Source of the DNA: Chiloscyllium plagiosum | Lineage: Eukaryota | Length of the DNA stretch: 64,000 nucleotides | Direction: 5' to 3' | Assembly (NCBI RefSeq): GCF_004010195.1 | Contig: NC_057719.1 | Location: 41,858,139-41,922,138, forward strand | Shown here: positions 38,753 to 53,079 of the stretch, one piece after another | Position numbering within the stretch: position 1 is the first letter of the stretch | How the letters are laid out: every line of letters starts with the position of its first letter | The notes under the pieces: generated by a model | What the model was told of the DNA's origin: nothing | Database searches by the model: none | The model's input: the letters and a program-made list of their open reading frames with translations, nothing else | Position numbers and translations under genes: made by a program

Positions 38753-41700
38753 CTAAAAAGGTACAAGAAGCAAAAATTGGTGTCAAAGGATAAAAGCAGT
38801 TGTTCAATAATTACATAAGCTAGCTATGAAAAAGTGCAGATGGAAAATAGAGAACATATAAGAAACTAAATACATGCCTGTAGCTCAGGAAAAGAAATCA
38901 CTGTAACATTGTAGCTGAGGAATTATGAACTTAATAATTTTCTTGGTTGTTGTATATTCCATCTCATTCCAACTTCATACCAAAATTGCAGAAAATTTAT
39001 ACCGAATCAGCACAGATTAGTTTTTACAAATGGACATTTCCCGACTTCATAAATGAGTGTAGTTGGATCTTTCATTTGTCAGATAACTTTTTCATAGACA
39101 ACATCTTTTAAGAAATTTAACTCCTTAAGTGAGTATAAGTACAAGTGTAAATATTAAGTGGCACTGTGCAATGTCATGTTGCCTATGGACATCTAGAATA
39201 TTTAGTTGGTAGCTCTGCAGTAAATGTCATTGCTGTTCAGATTTAGAGGGAGCATTTTCTAACTTTTCATTTAGAAATTATTTTCTAATGGGTGGCACAT
39301 TTTCTATAATTGTTTCAAATTGGGAGTATCCCAAAACATTACTGTGCAGTAAAACAAGTTATTAAAATATTGTATAAAATCACTTATCGACTTAAAACAA
39401 TTGTAAACTAAAATTAACAGAGCATTTGCTTGAAATTGGCACAGAGCAAGGCCATTACTATTTATTGGTGATGCATTGGTCAGACTCCTATACTTTACAT
39501 GGGATTCTGGTTACAATTTTAGGATAGAGCTTGCAGGTATTTTGAAATCAGCTTATTCAGCAACACTATTGTACACCTCTGGAACAGGTAGGACTTGAGT
39601 GTGGGCCTCCTGGCTCAGAAGTAGGGGCACTAACACTCTGCAACTTGAATGGAGCTTGCATCATTCACTCTTCAATGAGTTTCGCAAGTGTTACAGCAAA
39701 TGGTGCTTTAAACAACAATAAGGTTTTTATGACACCAGGAGAGGCAGGGGTTCTGGGCTAATCTGACTCTGGGCTATCAAGAGGCAGTCTCCATTTCCAT
39801 TGGCACATGGAAACACCGAGCTGTGAACTGGATGTCATAGAATCATACAACATGGAAACAGAGCCTTCGGTCCAACTCGTCCACGTTGACAATGTTCCCA
39901 AACTAAATTAGTCCCATTTACCTGCAGTTGGCCTATATTCTCCAAATATTTTTCTATTCATGAACTTATCCAAATGTTAGAAATATCCTTTCTAATTACA
40001 ATAATACTTCTGTTAATCAAAAACGCTGCTGCCTCTCCTCTCTTGCCTCCCTTTCCATCTTTCCTATGGCATTTAAAACCTAGAACATTAAGCTGCCAGT
40101 CCTGTCCTTCCCTCAGCCAAGTTTCTATAATAGCTATGATGTCTTAGTCCCATGTTCCCATATAAGCCCTGGTTCATCAGCCTTACTTGTAAGACCCTTT
40201 GCATTGAAATAAATGTGATTAATTCTTCAGAGTTACCTAATTCTCGAACTAGATCTTGACTGCCTTTTCTAATTAACTTGCTCCCTTCTACTTCAGAACC
40301 ATCCTCATTTGTATATTTTTACAGCTACTTAGGAACTCCCCTGCACCACTTCTTTAATAGTTTAAAGGTTCCCAAAATAGAACTGGCAAATTTCCCTGCC
40401 ATGATATTAGTCCCTTCCCAGTTCAGGTGATATTTTTAGTAGGTCTTTTCTGTCCCAGAAGAAATCCCAATGATCCAAAAATCTGAATTCTCACGCATTG
40501 CCTGTCTTTTCAGCTATTGATTTATCTGCCCTATCTTTTTATTCCTATTGTCATTAGAACGTGGCACAGGGAGTAAACCAGAGATTACTACCTTTGAATT
40601 TCTGTTTTTTAACCTTCTACTAACCTCTTATATTCACTCTGCAAAGCCTTAACCCATTTCCTAACTATGTCCTTCCTCCCAATGTGCACCACAACTTCTG
40701 GCTTCTCACTCTCCCCTTTGGCAATATGTTTCAATTGTTTTGAGATGTCCTTAGCCCTGGCACCAGGAAGGCAACATATTAACCTAGATTCATGCTCCCA
40801 GCTGCAGAATCCCCTGTCTGTCCCCTATAACAATTATCCTGTTAAGTCTTGACAAACCGTGCTTAACATATAGGATTCATTCTTAGTGCCCAAGATCTGA
40901 CTGCCACTTCTTTTTTCCCTCTGAGAGACCATGCCCTTCAACAGCACCTAAAACGAAATATCTGTTTGAGATACGAATAGCCACAGGAGACTTCTGATCT
41001 ATCTTTTTAACTTTCCTGGTAGTCACCCATCTGATCCTGCAGTGTAATCACTTCTCCACATCTACTAAACATCACACTCTGCATCTTTTGAAAGCCCTCA
41101 GTAATATTAAGTCTAAAGGAAGAAGTTCTTAAAAGCATCTTATACATAAAGAAGTACCCTTCCGTACCCAAAGATTTTAACCTTAAGAATGCAAAAAAAA
41201 TTTAAAACCTCCTCCTCAAGTCCTCTACCAGTCAGCTTTCAAATCTCCAGATCAACAGAAGAAAAATCTCTAACCAGAGCCATTAACCAAGCACTTGGAT
41301 GGGCCATTCCCACAAGCTCCTTATGTAAACCAGTTTCTCTTTCATTGTGTATTTTATTTTCACATTTTTTTGATTGTTTGGTCTCACTTTCACGTGAAAT
41401 CAATGGTCAAACACAAGCATGTGTGCACTTTATAGTTCAGACCTATTGATACATGTGAACAGAAACACCAATTTTGGCACGGAACACTGTTAACAAAGGT
41501 AAAATCAACACAGCGGCTTGTAATCTTTTTAGACTTCATCATATCAGAAGTCAGAACCTACTTTCTACTGCAGTAAGGACATGTATCATCATCACACACG
41601 GGCATAGTCAGATACCCTCGTTAGATAAGTAACTAAAGACTTCTTGAAGATACTTTTGATTACTTTAAGGAAAATGAGCAGGAAGCAGGGATTTGGTTTT

Positions 41701-41885
41701 ATTTGATTACAATAAAATGAACACATCTGTAGCTTGTAACTAGCTGGTCATTAATTTTTGTTTTGCTTGTCATGATGAAGAACAGGACTGTACAAATATA
41801 GCTCCGACTCAGACCTGTCTTCCTAAGCACCATCAATATGTTTATATAGACGGCTAAATATTGTTAGACTCAAAATGAAACATAC

Positions 41886-42033
41886 CTACATTCACCTTTC
41901 CAAACCCTTCAATAGATGCCAATTCAGAAGCAAAAAATTCATAGTTGTATTTATGAATTTTATCTCTGTCATTTCGTTCATGTGGGAAACCCACGTACAA
42001 GTAGAATGAACAGGATCCAATTATAACTCTGTC
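41886..42033 (-). CDS. kif28: kif28 exon DRVIIGSCSFYLYVGFPHERNDRDKIHKYNYEFFASELASIEGFGKVNV
   Basis: tggcag|GAC acceptor, GTAG|gtatgt donor, 148 nt, phase 0 to 1; FHA end 'DRxxxG'. Confidence 0.92.
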
Positions 42034-43313
42034 CTGCCAAGGCAGAAAACAATTGTTACTGCCATCATTTGCTCTATGTTAGAGGATAGGGCAGGTCTTT
42101 ATGATCTTTATGAAACAACTTCTGATTTGTTATGCAACTATACATTAAAAATACAAATCAAATACTCTTAATAATTGAAGTTTTAGAATGCTATATTCAG
42201 CATTCCTTATGTGTGGGATTAGTTAAAAGGTACTATAAAACAATTCAATAAAGATTGAACATAAATTTTTAGATTGCCTTTCTGATGAATTATTCCACAT
42301 TCCCTCTTACTTTTGAATTAACCAATCATCATTTGGAATTCTTATAGGTACTGTTAATGCCAATCATCATCATTATAGTGTCATGTAGCCTTGAAGTTAC
42401 CAAGATTACCGCACACAAGTTGCAGCCAGAGGTTGTTGGTTCACATCCCACTCACACACAAAAATCTAGGCTGAAACCCCAGTGCAGTCATGAGGGCATG
42501 CAATACTGTCACAGAAATCATCTTTTAGATGATTTCTTAAATGAAAGGCAATGTCTACTTTCTTGGGCAAATAAAAAAGTTCCTATGGAAATATTTAAAG
42601 ATGAACAGCTGACTTATCCCTGGCCCTGATTTTCAAGTCTCCTTCAATGTCAGAATGGAGGCAGAGGCTTTATAAAGGGTGGGAGAGATCCAATTCTGGA
42701 ATTCTCATCTCTCATTCCTGGATTGTGAGTTCATAAGGTGTTCACACTTAAAACCCTGTTGCTGATTCTATCAATGAGTCTTGGAGTTGTATCTGTTCCT
42801 GTTGATATGATTGCCAGTTGGCCTTATCATGAATGATTGACTATGCTTCAAGACTCACAAAGGAAATCATTAGCAAGAGCTGTTTACAAAATCACAAGGG
42901 AAATGTTTGCTTTGATTCAGAGAAAGCAAATTATACTTTCTTTGATTTTCTTTCAAAGTCTTGATGCTTAAGAAGGAAAAGATGAAATGGTGGCAAGTGA
43001 GGGAAAGTTTTTTGTAATTGATGCTGCAAAAGACTGCCTGATTGACACTTGTGAGGTTGTGGAAAAAACACTTTTTTGAAGATTTTTTTGAATGGGTTTT
43101 TCATTTAAATTGCCCCTGTTACTATATTGCTCATTGATTCTATACATAGTGAATGAGTCAAAGGTCAGAGAGGATGCAGGGGAACGTGGAAAAGGAAAAG
43201 GAAGATTGAGAGGGGGCAAGAGTTCATGAGAGACATAGGGAGAGAGTGAGAGAGAGAGAGAGAGATGGGTTGTGAGGTGGTGTGAGGCTACTTTGCTTTT
43301 AGATAGACCACAC

Positions 43314-43655
43314 GGGGTGACTCGGTGGCTCAGTGGTTAGCAATGCTGCCTCGCAGCGCCAGGGACCCACATTCAATTCCAGCTTTGGCAACTGTATGTA
43401 TGGAGTTTGCACATTCTCCCCATGTCTGCGTTGTTTCTTTGGGTGCTCCGGTTTCCTTCCACAGTCCAAAGATGTGCAGGTTAGATGAACTGGTTGCGCT
43501 AAATTGCCCAGTGTTCAGGGATATGTAGGTTAGGTGCATTAGTCATGGGAAATGTAGAGTAATAGAGCAGGTTTGGGTGGGATACCCTTTGGAGGGTCTG
43601 TGTGGACTTGTTGGGCCTAATAGCCTGTTTCCACATTGAAAGGTTTCTACGATTT
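43314..43655 (+). mobile_element. HE1-type SINE
   Basis: ggtggctcagtggttagcaatgctgcc head, body and cctgtttccaca tail. Confidence 0.85.
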
Positions 43656-43730
43656 CTATGATGACCATTAGGAGGTAATGTTATATCAGTAAAGTCATAC
43701 AACGACAACCAGTGGAGATGGAGACCTCAC

Positions 43731-43854
43731 CAAATGCTGTAGCTGATGCTTTGTTAGAACAGGTACTCCATTGATCAAAATCCGAGCCTTGTTTATGGGC
43801 TCAAGAACCACTTTATGGTCATGACTAGTAAGCACTGCATGCTTGTCCAGAATC
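43731..43854 (-). CDS. kif28: kif28 exon (FHA) ILDKHAVLTSHDHKVVLEPINKARILINGVPVLTKHQLQHL
   Basis: ttttag|G acceptor, TTG|gtgagg donor, 124 nt, phase 2 to 0; lies within ORF 43695..43877. Confidence 0.93.
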
Positions 43855-44199
43855 CTAAAAATATAAAGCAAACCCAATTAGAGATCACTTCATTCAAAAG
43901 TTCAATCTGACATCTTATATAAAAAATTTCTTTTGGAAGTATGTACATTACCTTTCAAAATTACCATGACCTTTGGTGAATGGGGAAGGAGTAAAATACC
44001 AGAAGGTAAGTCATTCTTTGCTGCACTTACACATCCACATGCATTTTATGACAACATAATCTTAACTGAGGTGTAAAAGAAATTTCTAAGTCTATGAATC
44101 ATGGACATGAAATATTATGGTGACAGAGGTACAACTTGGAGAGCAACAAAATTAATAACCAAATATTGAAAAAAAAATCGCAAATCAAATGCTAAGACA

Positions 44200-45980
44200 A
44201 AGGAGGAACCCCAAAGTGCTGCACAGGAGTACAAATGATAAAAAGAATGGTAAAAAGAGCAGGGACAATTAGGGGCCAAAAAGAAGATTTACACATAGAG
44301 GCAGAGGATATGGCTAAAGTCTTAAATACATACTTAGCATCTGTCTTTATCAGTTAAGAAAATGCCACCCAGCCATGGTGAAGAAAAGGAAATGTAGTCA
44401 TCAGAAAGATTTACAATTGGTAAGATGGAAGTATTGAATAGGCTGTCAGTGCGTAAAATTGACAAATCACTGAGACCACATGGGATGCATCCAAGAATAT
44501 TGAGAGCAGTAAGAATGGACTGGTCCCAAAGGACAGGAGAATTGCAAACATTATACTCTTGTTCAAAAAATAGTGTAAGATAAGCCGAGCAAATATAGGC
44601 TAGTTAATTTAAATATCACAGCAGGAAAATTCTGGCTTCAATAATTTGGAGCAGAATTAATAGACAATGTGGGTTAATTGAGAATTATTCCTAAAGAAAA
44701 TCATGTTTAACTAATTGGCCAAATTTTTTGAGGAGGTAACAGAATAGGTTTATGAGGGCAGTCGGCTTGATGTAGTATACATGGATTTCCAGAAGACGTT
44801 TGCTTCAATGTCACACAACTGACTTGTGAGCAAAGATTCAGCTCATGGAACAAAAAGCACAGCGGCAACATCGATCCAACATTGGCTGAGTGACAGGAAA
44901 CAAAGAGTAATGGTTAATGGATGTTTTTTTGAGCAGGGTGAAATGCTTTGTGCTAGGGTCAGTTTGGACCCTTGTTTTCCCAAATATAATAGAAATGACC
45001 TGGACTTTAATGCACAGGCTCAATTCCAAAAGATGAAACTTGGAATCATTGGAAACTGTGAGGAGCATAATGTAGAGAATCAAAAGGAGACAGAGAGGTT
45101 AGTGGAATGGATGGATAGGTGGCGTCAGATGATGTTCAATGCAGAAAACATGAGGTGATGCATTTTGGAAGCAAATAAGTGTGGACAAACTATATTTAAA
45201 AAGTGGTACAATTCTTAAAAAGTGAAAGAGCAGAGACCTGAGTACACAGGTGTACATAAGTCATTGAAGTTGACAGTACAGCAATCAACAAAGTATACAA
45301 TATCATAGGAGAGTTCTCATGATGCAGTGGTAGTGCCCATACCTTTGAGCCAGAAGGTCCCAGTTTTCAGTCCAACCTGTTCCGGAGGTATGTAATAACA
45401 TCTATGATCAGTTTGATTAGAAAATACCTACAATATCTTAGGTTTTGTTAATAGGGGCACAGAGTACAAGAGCAATTTGTTTAAGACATTATTCAGCTTT
45501 AGCTAAGTATTGTGTCCAGTTCTCGGTGCCACACTTTAGGAAGGATGTGAAGGCATTGGAGAGAGTGCAGATAGTGTTTGCAAGAATGATTCCAGAAATG
45601 AGAAATTTCACTTATGAAGATATATTAGACAAGTTAGAGCTGCTTTCCTGAGAGAACAAAAGGCTAGCAGGAGATCTAATAAAAGTGTTCAAAGGAACAG
45701 AGGTCTGGATAGAGTAGATTGGACAATAACGTTCACACTTATGGACAGATAGAGAATGAGAGAGCACAGATCTACAGTAATCAGAACAGAGGCAACAATG
45801 ATATGACGAGAAACATTTCACACAGTGAGTTATTAGTGTTGGAATGCTCTGCCACAGATTGTGATGAACGTGAATTCAATCTCAGCAGCCAAAGGCAATT
45901 AGATAGTCATTTAAAAGGAAAAACGTGTAAGATAGCAGGGAGAAGGCAGGAGAATGGCTCTAATCAAGATGCTCATTAGG
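44200..45980 (+). mobile_element. Heavily decayed CR1 ORF2
   Basis: gatgtagtatacatggatttccagaag (DVVYMDFQK); ORFs 44826..45158 and 45445..45651 (YCVQF...RKDVKALERVQ). Confidence 0.75.
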
Positions 45981-46199
45981 TGAAACGGCTGCACTATAAC
46001 AGTTCTGTTGCGGTCACTTATTACCTTTTATGATGAGGTTGCTTTGAAAGGCCTCACTTCTGGACAATCAAGAAGAAGATCCTCTGCTCAAACAAATCTG
46101 TGTCTTTATATTGTATTTAAAACACAGATTGCAGTCTCAGTAGGCACTGCTGGTCTGTGTGCTTAAGGTGTATGTATACTGGGATTGAGCAGTTTAAAA

Positions 46200-46945
46200 A
46201 TTAGAATTCCTGCAGTGTGGAAACAGGCCCTTTGGCCCAACAAGTCCACACCAACCCTCCAAAGGGTAACCCAACCAGACAAATTCCCCTACCTTATATT
46301 TGTCTAATGCAGTTAACCTGCATCTAACCTGAATACTGTGGGAAATTTAGCATGGCCAATTCACCAAACCTGCACATCTTTGGATTGTGGGAGGAAACCG
46401 GAGCACCCGAAGGAAATCCATGCAGACACGGGGAGAATGTGCAAACTCCACACAGACAGTCACTGAGGCTGGAATCAAACCGGGTCCCTGGCACTGTGAG
46501 ACAGCAGTGCTAACCACTGAGCCACTGTGCCATCCTTCACTGCTGCTGAAGTTTTAAGAAAGGCCTGCTTTGCCTGATTGGCTTCACCCCTTTCCTCCCC
46601 AGGACACACATGATCCACTGACAGTTCAACTCACTGGCATTCCTCGGGTCTGATTAGATTGCTTACTTACAGTGTGGAAACAGGCCCTTCGACCCAACAA
46701 GTCCACACTGACCCTCTGAAGAGTAGCCCACCCAGAACCATTCCCCTACATTTACCCCTTTACCAAACACTAGGGGCAATTTAGCATGGCCAATTCACCT
46801 AACCTGCACATCTTTGGACTGTGGGAGGAAACCCACACAGACACAGGGAGAATGTGCAGGGAGAATGTTGCCTGAGGCAGGAATTGAACCCAGGTCTCTG
46901 GCGCTGTGAGGCAGCAGTGCTAACCACTGTGCCAGCATCACTGTG
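46200..46945 (-). mobile_element. Two tandem HE1-type SINEs (about 46200-46530 and 46650-46945)
   Basis: Two reverse-oriented copies of the SINE head, body and tail. Confidence 0.85.
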
Positions 46946-46979
46946 CCCCTGATATAGGAGAGAAACATCGGGAACCTGT

Positions 46980-47065
46980 TAGGCGAAAGTGAGGACTGCA
47001 GATGCTGGAGATCAGAGTCTAGATTAGAGTGGTGCTGGAAAAGCACAGCAGGGCAGGCAGCATCC
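46980..47065. mobile_element. Short Penelope-like terminal fragment
   Basis: aaagtgaggactgcagatgctggagatcagag...ggcagcatcc, same family as 11297-11519. Confidence 0.6.
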
Positions 47066-47260
47066 TAATCTACAGCTTGTCAGTCAGATTCAAAATGGTA
47101 GCTGCCCCTTCACCAGCAAAATGAATAGCTGACCAATGTGCTCAACAAGTTAAAATTTAAATGCCTGTCTTTCAATAGACTATTAAACTGGTTAAACTTT
47201 AGCTTTTCTTGTTGCATTTGATAACAATGGAAGGTAACTTAATCCCTAGGTTTCACTTAC

Positions 47261-47321
47261 CCCAGTCCTTTCAAAACAATGTCCTGCTGTAAACCAGCTG
47301 TTCGCCCAATTGTAGTAATGC
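47261..47321 (-). CDS. kif28: kif28 exon (FHA) GITTIGRTAGLQQDIVLKGLG
   Basis: ttgcag|GC acceptor, GG|gtaagt donor, 61 nt, phase 1 to 2; FHA 'TxIGR...DIVLxG' motif. Confidence 0.93.
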
Positions 47322-47806
47322 CTGCAATATTAAAATCAGTTCTTGGCTTCATAACTCAGCAGTTTGCAATTATAGAACACTGGCTCATTCTAGATACCTA
47401 CTTGGCACACAGCAAGAAGTCAGCTTATTCAATTGTAAATGAGAGTCAGGATTTTAGTAAGTGCTCTCAGCCACAGGGAATGCATGCAATAATCTCCCTG
47501 AGATATATAAAAAGAAACTCCCTGAATACTAAGTACAGTACTGTATAAGGTTGAAGCAAATATAACTCTGTTATCTTTATTTTGTCTCTTCCATACATGA
47601 ATCAATTCTGAATGTTTCAAAACGGCATTAAATACTACAGCAGTCAAATAAAACAGAATGGGTCCTTGTGCATTGTAACAAGCTTGATTTTCTGCCACAG
47701 CAGCAATGCACTACAAATGCATAAGATGATTAAACAGCTTGAAAACTGATCACCACTTGCACCATTAGTCATGCAAATTGGAGATGTTCTTAAAGTGTTC
47801 ACCCAC

Positions 47807-47897
47807 CATGATGAATAAAGTGTTTAACTGCCCCAGACAATTGGGGATCCTCATTAACATTTAGGAAATAGGGAAGTTCTGCCATCATTTGCTCTTC
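47807..47897 (-). CDS. kif28: kif28 exon EEQMMAELPYFLNVNEDPQLSGAVKHFIHH
   Basis: tttcag|GAA acceptor, CATG|gtgggt donor, 91 nt, phase 0 to 1; LNxNEDP motif preceding the FHA domain. Confidence 0.93.
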
Positions 47898-48407
47898 CTG
47901 AAATTAAAAATAATTGGTTACAGTTCTATTCTCTGTGTTTTTTGAATTAAAAATCAAATTGCAATGCCATTTAAATAGAAGATTCATTCGAAATCAATAT
48001 TCACTGTGTAAAGCAATTTAAATTATTCACACTTAATGGTTTTAATTGCAGTTCTTGAGTTTGGATTTTCACAACATTAATGTATGATCCTGCAGTATGG
48101 GCTCTTTTGACAACAGATTTGACATTTATTTGATTTTTCTTCTATATCAAACAAATACATTTAAACAGAACTATTCTGTTTCACTTTACCAGTTTGAAAC
48201 TCTTATGCATGTGCTTTTTTGAAAATAATATCTAAGTAAAACATTGAAATGTGAAATGAGCTTTGAAACTCCTCAAAAAAAAAACACAACACTAAAACTA
48301 TTGACTTTGGAACTTTAAATGTAATCTGGCTACAGCAAATTGCCCAATACATTTTCTTAAACTATTTATACAGTATCTAGTAAAACATTATGGACACAAA
48401 TAATTAC

Positions 48408-48529
48408 CTTTATAATACAGCTATATTGCTGCTCCCATTCCCTCCTTGCTTCTTCAAGTTTCTGCTGCCATGATTTCTGCATATCTTTCAATTGTCGTTC
48501 ATTGTCAACAATTAATTTTTTGAGCACCT
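48408..48529 (-). CDS. kif28: kif28 exon (coiled coil) EVLKKLIVDNERQLKDMQKSWQQKLEEARREWEQQYSCIIK
   Basis: atatag|AG acceptor, AAG|gtaatt donor, 122 nt, phase 1 to 0; SWxxKL motif of kinesin-3. Confidence 0.93.
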
Positions 48530-49129
48530 CTATATTGAATGATAATGTTATTTTTCCAATAAATATCCCATATTGAGATCATCATAACCAGGACATCACA
48601 TTTCATAAACATTTCATAAACATGGCATCAAATCTGTAAAGAATTTATGTTATTAAATTAACATTTAGAAGATAAATCAAGGCAGTAAATCAAACAATTT
48701 GATTTCAGAATTCGATTTGATATCCAAAAATGATCATTTAGTGAATTTAAGAAAGTAAAAATCCAGATGGCATTAATCCTAGTAATACAGAAGAATTGTG
48801 ATGCTTATGTGACTAGTTTACGAAGTGGAAAACTGCATTACTGCAGTAGAAAGTATTTTTTCCCCCCAATTGTAATACAATTGAAAACACTCCTGACCAA
48901 CAGTTAACTTCAAATTGATCACAGCACTCAATGGATGGAGCCAAATTTGAAAATCACCTCTTGTGCCCTGGAGGCTAAATTCTTTTTCTTTAATACTATA
49001 TTTTCTTGCTTATTGTTTTTTGGACTTTGCTGTATTGATAATATGACCGCTGTTGATCACTTGTTGGCAGTTGATCACAATTTCGAGGAAGTTCTGGTCT
49101 ACTGTAACAAAGGGACAAGTGCTTACATG

Positions 49130-49410
49130 GCGGCACCGTGGCTCATTGGTTAAGCACTGCTGCCTCACAGCACCAGGGTCCCAGGTGTCTTGGGCAACTG
49201 TCTGTGTTCAGTTTGCACATTCTTACTGTGTCTGTGTGGATTTCCTCTGGGTGCTCTGGTTTCCTCCCACAGCCCAAAAATGTGCAGGTTAGGTGAATTG
49301 CCCATAGTGTTAGGTGTATTAGTCAAAGGGGAAATGGGTCTGGGTGGGTTACTATGTGCAGACTGGTTGGGCAGAAGGGCCTGTTTCCACACTGTAGGTG
49401 ATCTAAACTA
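49130..49410 (+). mobile_element. HE1-type SINE
   Basis: gcggcaccgtggctcattggttaagcactgctgcctcacagc head; ctgtttccacactgta tail. Confidence 0.85.
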
Positions 49411-49629
49411 AATTCCTGGAATATCACACACCTTGCATTGCATAACCATTCCAATCAAACCAACATTTAGGAATTGCACATGGCTTGCTGCACTAGCTAT
49501 TCTGAACCAAGATAGAGCAATTGAAACTCCTTATATCTAAGATAATGTTAACATACCCACTGTAATTTGAGACAATAGACAATGGGTTTTGACAAGATGC
49601 ATCAAAGCTATTCATTAACTATAGTGACT

Positions 49630-50200
49630 GACAAGGCACAAGTCAGACCCCAGCTAGAAGACTGTTTTTGGCCTCTGATCCAAGGAAAGCTTTACTCCCA
49701 TTGGAGGCAGTTCAGAGGAGGTTTATTAGGGCTGATATCTAGAATGGAGAGACTGTCTCATGAGGGGAGGTTGAGTAAATCGGGCCTCCACTCATTGGAA
49801 TGTAGACAAATATAAAAGAATATGAGTCAACTTTATTAAGGATACAAGATTCTTAGAGGACTTGGCAGGGTAGATGTGGAGAGGTTGTTTCCTCTCATCG
49901 GACTGGAAGTAGAAGGCTTCACAGAATAAGCGGTTGTACATTTAAGACAGAAGTGAAAAGGAATTTCTGGGATTCTTTACCACAGAAGGCTGTTGAGGCT
50001 GGGTCTTTAAGTATATTCAAGGCTGTGCTACATAGATTTTTTTAGTCAATAAGGGAATCAATTATTATTGGGAAATAGCAGGAAAGTGGAGTTGAGGATG
50101 ATTAGTTGAGGATGATTAGTTGAGGATGATGATCTCATTAAATGGTGGAGCTGACTCGTGTTGAATGGCCGACTCCTGCTTCTATGTCTCATGGTGTCAT
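49630..50200 (+). mobile_element. CR1 3' fragment with a 14-bp x3 local tandem repeat (50090-50131)
   Basis: ORF 49582..49815 (VRPQLEDC); (agttgaggatgatt)x3. Confidence 0.75.
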
Positions 50201-51956
50201 GGACTTAACTGGGAGTTTGAGTCATTTCACTGAAATGTTTGGACTACTTTAAACAGCTTTAAATGTACATATTTTATTTGTTCCCTTAATCTGCATTTTA
50301 AATCAGTACAATCACAAAGAAAGAGCTTCAAGTTTAGCTGTCGTCTATTGTTCATCTTGACTTCTTCTCCCAGAAGAATCCTGCATTTTACTTTAAAGTG
50401 ATCTAATTTACCAATTTACAAGATTTTTTTTTTGCATCCACTGCAAGTTCCTATGAAAAGGAATTCTACCAGAATAGCCAACTGCAAGAACTCACTGGAG
50501 ATTGACTTACAAGGCTATAACTCACATGAATTAATGCTGCTTATTTTTTAACTGATGCATAATTGTAATGTCTTTCAATTCTTTATTTTTCTTCCCTATC
50601 TGCATTCGTGCATGAGTGCTATGAACAATGCCCCTGGGGTTTTAATGTATTAATGCAATCTGGTTTGATTTAACACTAAGGAATTTGCTTTGGGTCATTT
50701 TAAATTGGACTTCGCAACAGGATTTGGGAAATTATACACCTGCTTATTTTAAAAGGGAAAAGAAGTAAAATAAAAATTAAGAACCAGTTATGTTATGGAC
50801 AGGAGAGGAGAAAAGTAAAAGAAATCCCTTTTCTCTCTTGCATATGAAAGAAATCGAGACCTAACTTCAGAGATAAATCCATTAAAATGAGCCAGATATG
50901 GCCAAAATGCACAAACATCTGATCAGCGTTCAAATTAAGACAATGATTCTGAATCCGATACTGAAAGAACCAATTGGAAGTCTGGTAAGGGAGATTTCCA
51001 TGGGTGAAATTATTTTACTGCAAGTAAATGTAACTGCAGCAAATTCTCTTAATGTGACTTTAATGTGGTGTGATAATTTATGCAAAAAGATGGCTGAAGA
51101 TCGCACATCATTGGTATCTCTCAGTAAAAGACCTTTGGAAGTTGTAACTAGGTAAATACTTGTGAAAGTACCTGGTGAGGCAAAAAGTCCTGAGTTACTT
51201 TGGAAGTTCTTGAGCAATTGGACCCTAGTCTAAATCTAGAACAGACAGAGGGATCAGAACTAAAAGCTAATTGGATTGCTTTACCCAGAACTCCACCCTA
51301 ATTTAGAAAATGGCTCATGATGCTGGAAAGGAGAAAACTGTGGCAAGAGTTTCAGGGAAGAGAGAGAGTTTCAGGGAAGAGAGAGAGTTTCAGAAGAAAG
51401 AAAGAGAAGCTCAGAGAAAGAGAATGAATGAGAACATGCTTTTCAGAAAAAAAAACGGCTTGAGATGAAATTAGAAACCCAAGAAAAGATTAACCAAGAT
51501 AGAGAGAACTGGCTGCTTCAAGGGAAATGGTTTGGGAACATTTCTAGCACTGTGCCTCAAGAATTCAAAACAGTCCAAAAAACAATCTGAAAAAAAAACA
51601 GAAGGCAACCAGAAATGGCTGTTTAACTTCCCATAGCTGAAGAGGTCCTGAACATAGAAAAAAGGACACCATGTTAAGAAGCAGAATTCAAAGGTCATAA
51701 TCTCTGAATCATTGTCTGAGTCATGTGCAAATTGGCATAGTGCAAATCAGATTAGAGCGATGAACTCATGGCTCAAAGATTGCTGTGACAGAAGTGGATT
51801 CTGGTTTGTAGCACGGTGGCACTAGAACTGGGCAATGTGGGATCTGTACCGATGAGACAATCCACCTGAACTGGTGGGCTAGTGTTCTTGCTGATCCCAT
51901 AACTAGGGAAGTAGAAAGGACTTTAAATTAAATAGTGGTGGTAAGGGATCAAATTG

Positions 51957-52275
51957 GCGGCACGGTGGCTCAGTGGTTAGTACTGCTGCTTCACAGCACC
52001 AGGGACCCGGGTTTGATTCCAGCCTCGGGCGACTGTCCGTGTGGAGTTTGCACATTGACATCATGTCTGTGTGGGTTTCCTCCGGGTGCTCCAGGTTCCT
52101 CCCACAGTCCAAAAGATGTGCAAGTCAGGTGAATTGGCCATGCTAAATTGCCCATAGTGTTAGCTGCATTAGTCGGGGGGTAAATGTAGGGAAATGAGTC
52201 CGGGTGAGTTACTCATTGGAGGATTGGTGTGGATTTGTTGGCCTGAAGGGCCTGTTTCCACACTGTAGAATCTCA
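51957..52275 (+). mobile_element. HE1-type SINE nested in a decayed LINE (about 51600-52720)
   Basis: Complete SINE head and tail; flanks resemble the CR1 ORF1-end/endonuclease region. Confidence 0.85.
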
Positions 52276-53079
52276 ATTAGTAAATCAAGGCTAATGAGAA
52301 CTTTGCTAATACAGGAAATTATAAACAGCCCATGAAAGGAAGATAGAGAGAGAAAGAGTACAAGTTTAAGAGTCAACCAACATATAAAACTGGAATTTAC
52401 AAAGCATTTACATAGCATTACAAAACTGGATGAACTTAGAGAACAAAAAGAAATGGATAAGAATTATCTGGTAGCTGTTACAGACAAATGGCTGGAGGAT
52501 GACATGGACTAGGACCTGAATCTTGAACTATAGAAGACATTTAGGAATGATAGGAAGTGAGGAAAAGGTGGAGGGGCAGCTCTGTTCATTAATGATAGTA
52601 TTATCTCTAGAGAAGTGAGTTAAACCTTTGGAGCTGTGAGCTGTCAAGTATCTGGATCCAGATGGATTTCATCCTGGAATCTTAAAAGAAATGGCTTGTG
52701 AGATACTTGATGCATTTCCAAAGGAAAAATCCTAGTAAATAGTAATACTTTCAAATGAATATACTGGTTGTACTGGAGCTCTATTTTGATAAATACAAGA
52801 TAAGTTGGATAGGATTTGAAAAGGTGGCAGAAATGTCATTGAAATAAAAGTCTGTGGCTCATAACTATTGTCTTCAATAATATGGTGTCTTTAGGGTTTC
52901 CAACTTCAGCAGGACATATTTCAGGAGGTGTCATCACATGATTTCCTGTCATTAACTCTCCCTTCCCCAGACTCTTGTCATCAGTTGCCCACAATGTTCA
53001 TCATCACAGAGATCTGCCTTCCCGAGTCTTTGCAAGATGTCCTGCTTTAACGTTTGAAAATCTGGTCACCTATCTGGCA

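Noticed and set aside
41890..41900. Alternative donor AAG|gtgaat 10 nt inside the exon
   Set aside because: Gives phase 0, incompatible with the next exon (needs phase 1); the gtatgt donor fits
50640..51600. Possible Gypsy LTR/gag remnant with a (gagtttcagggaagagaga)-like short repeat
   Set aside because: No diagnostic PBS, paired LTR or protein motif could be confirmed
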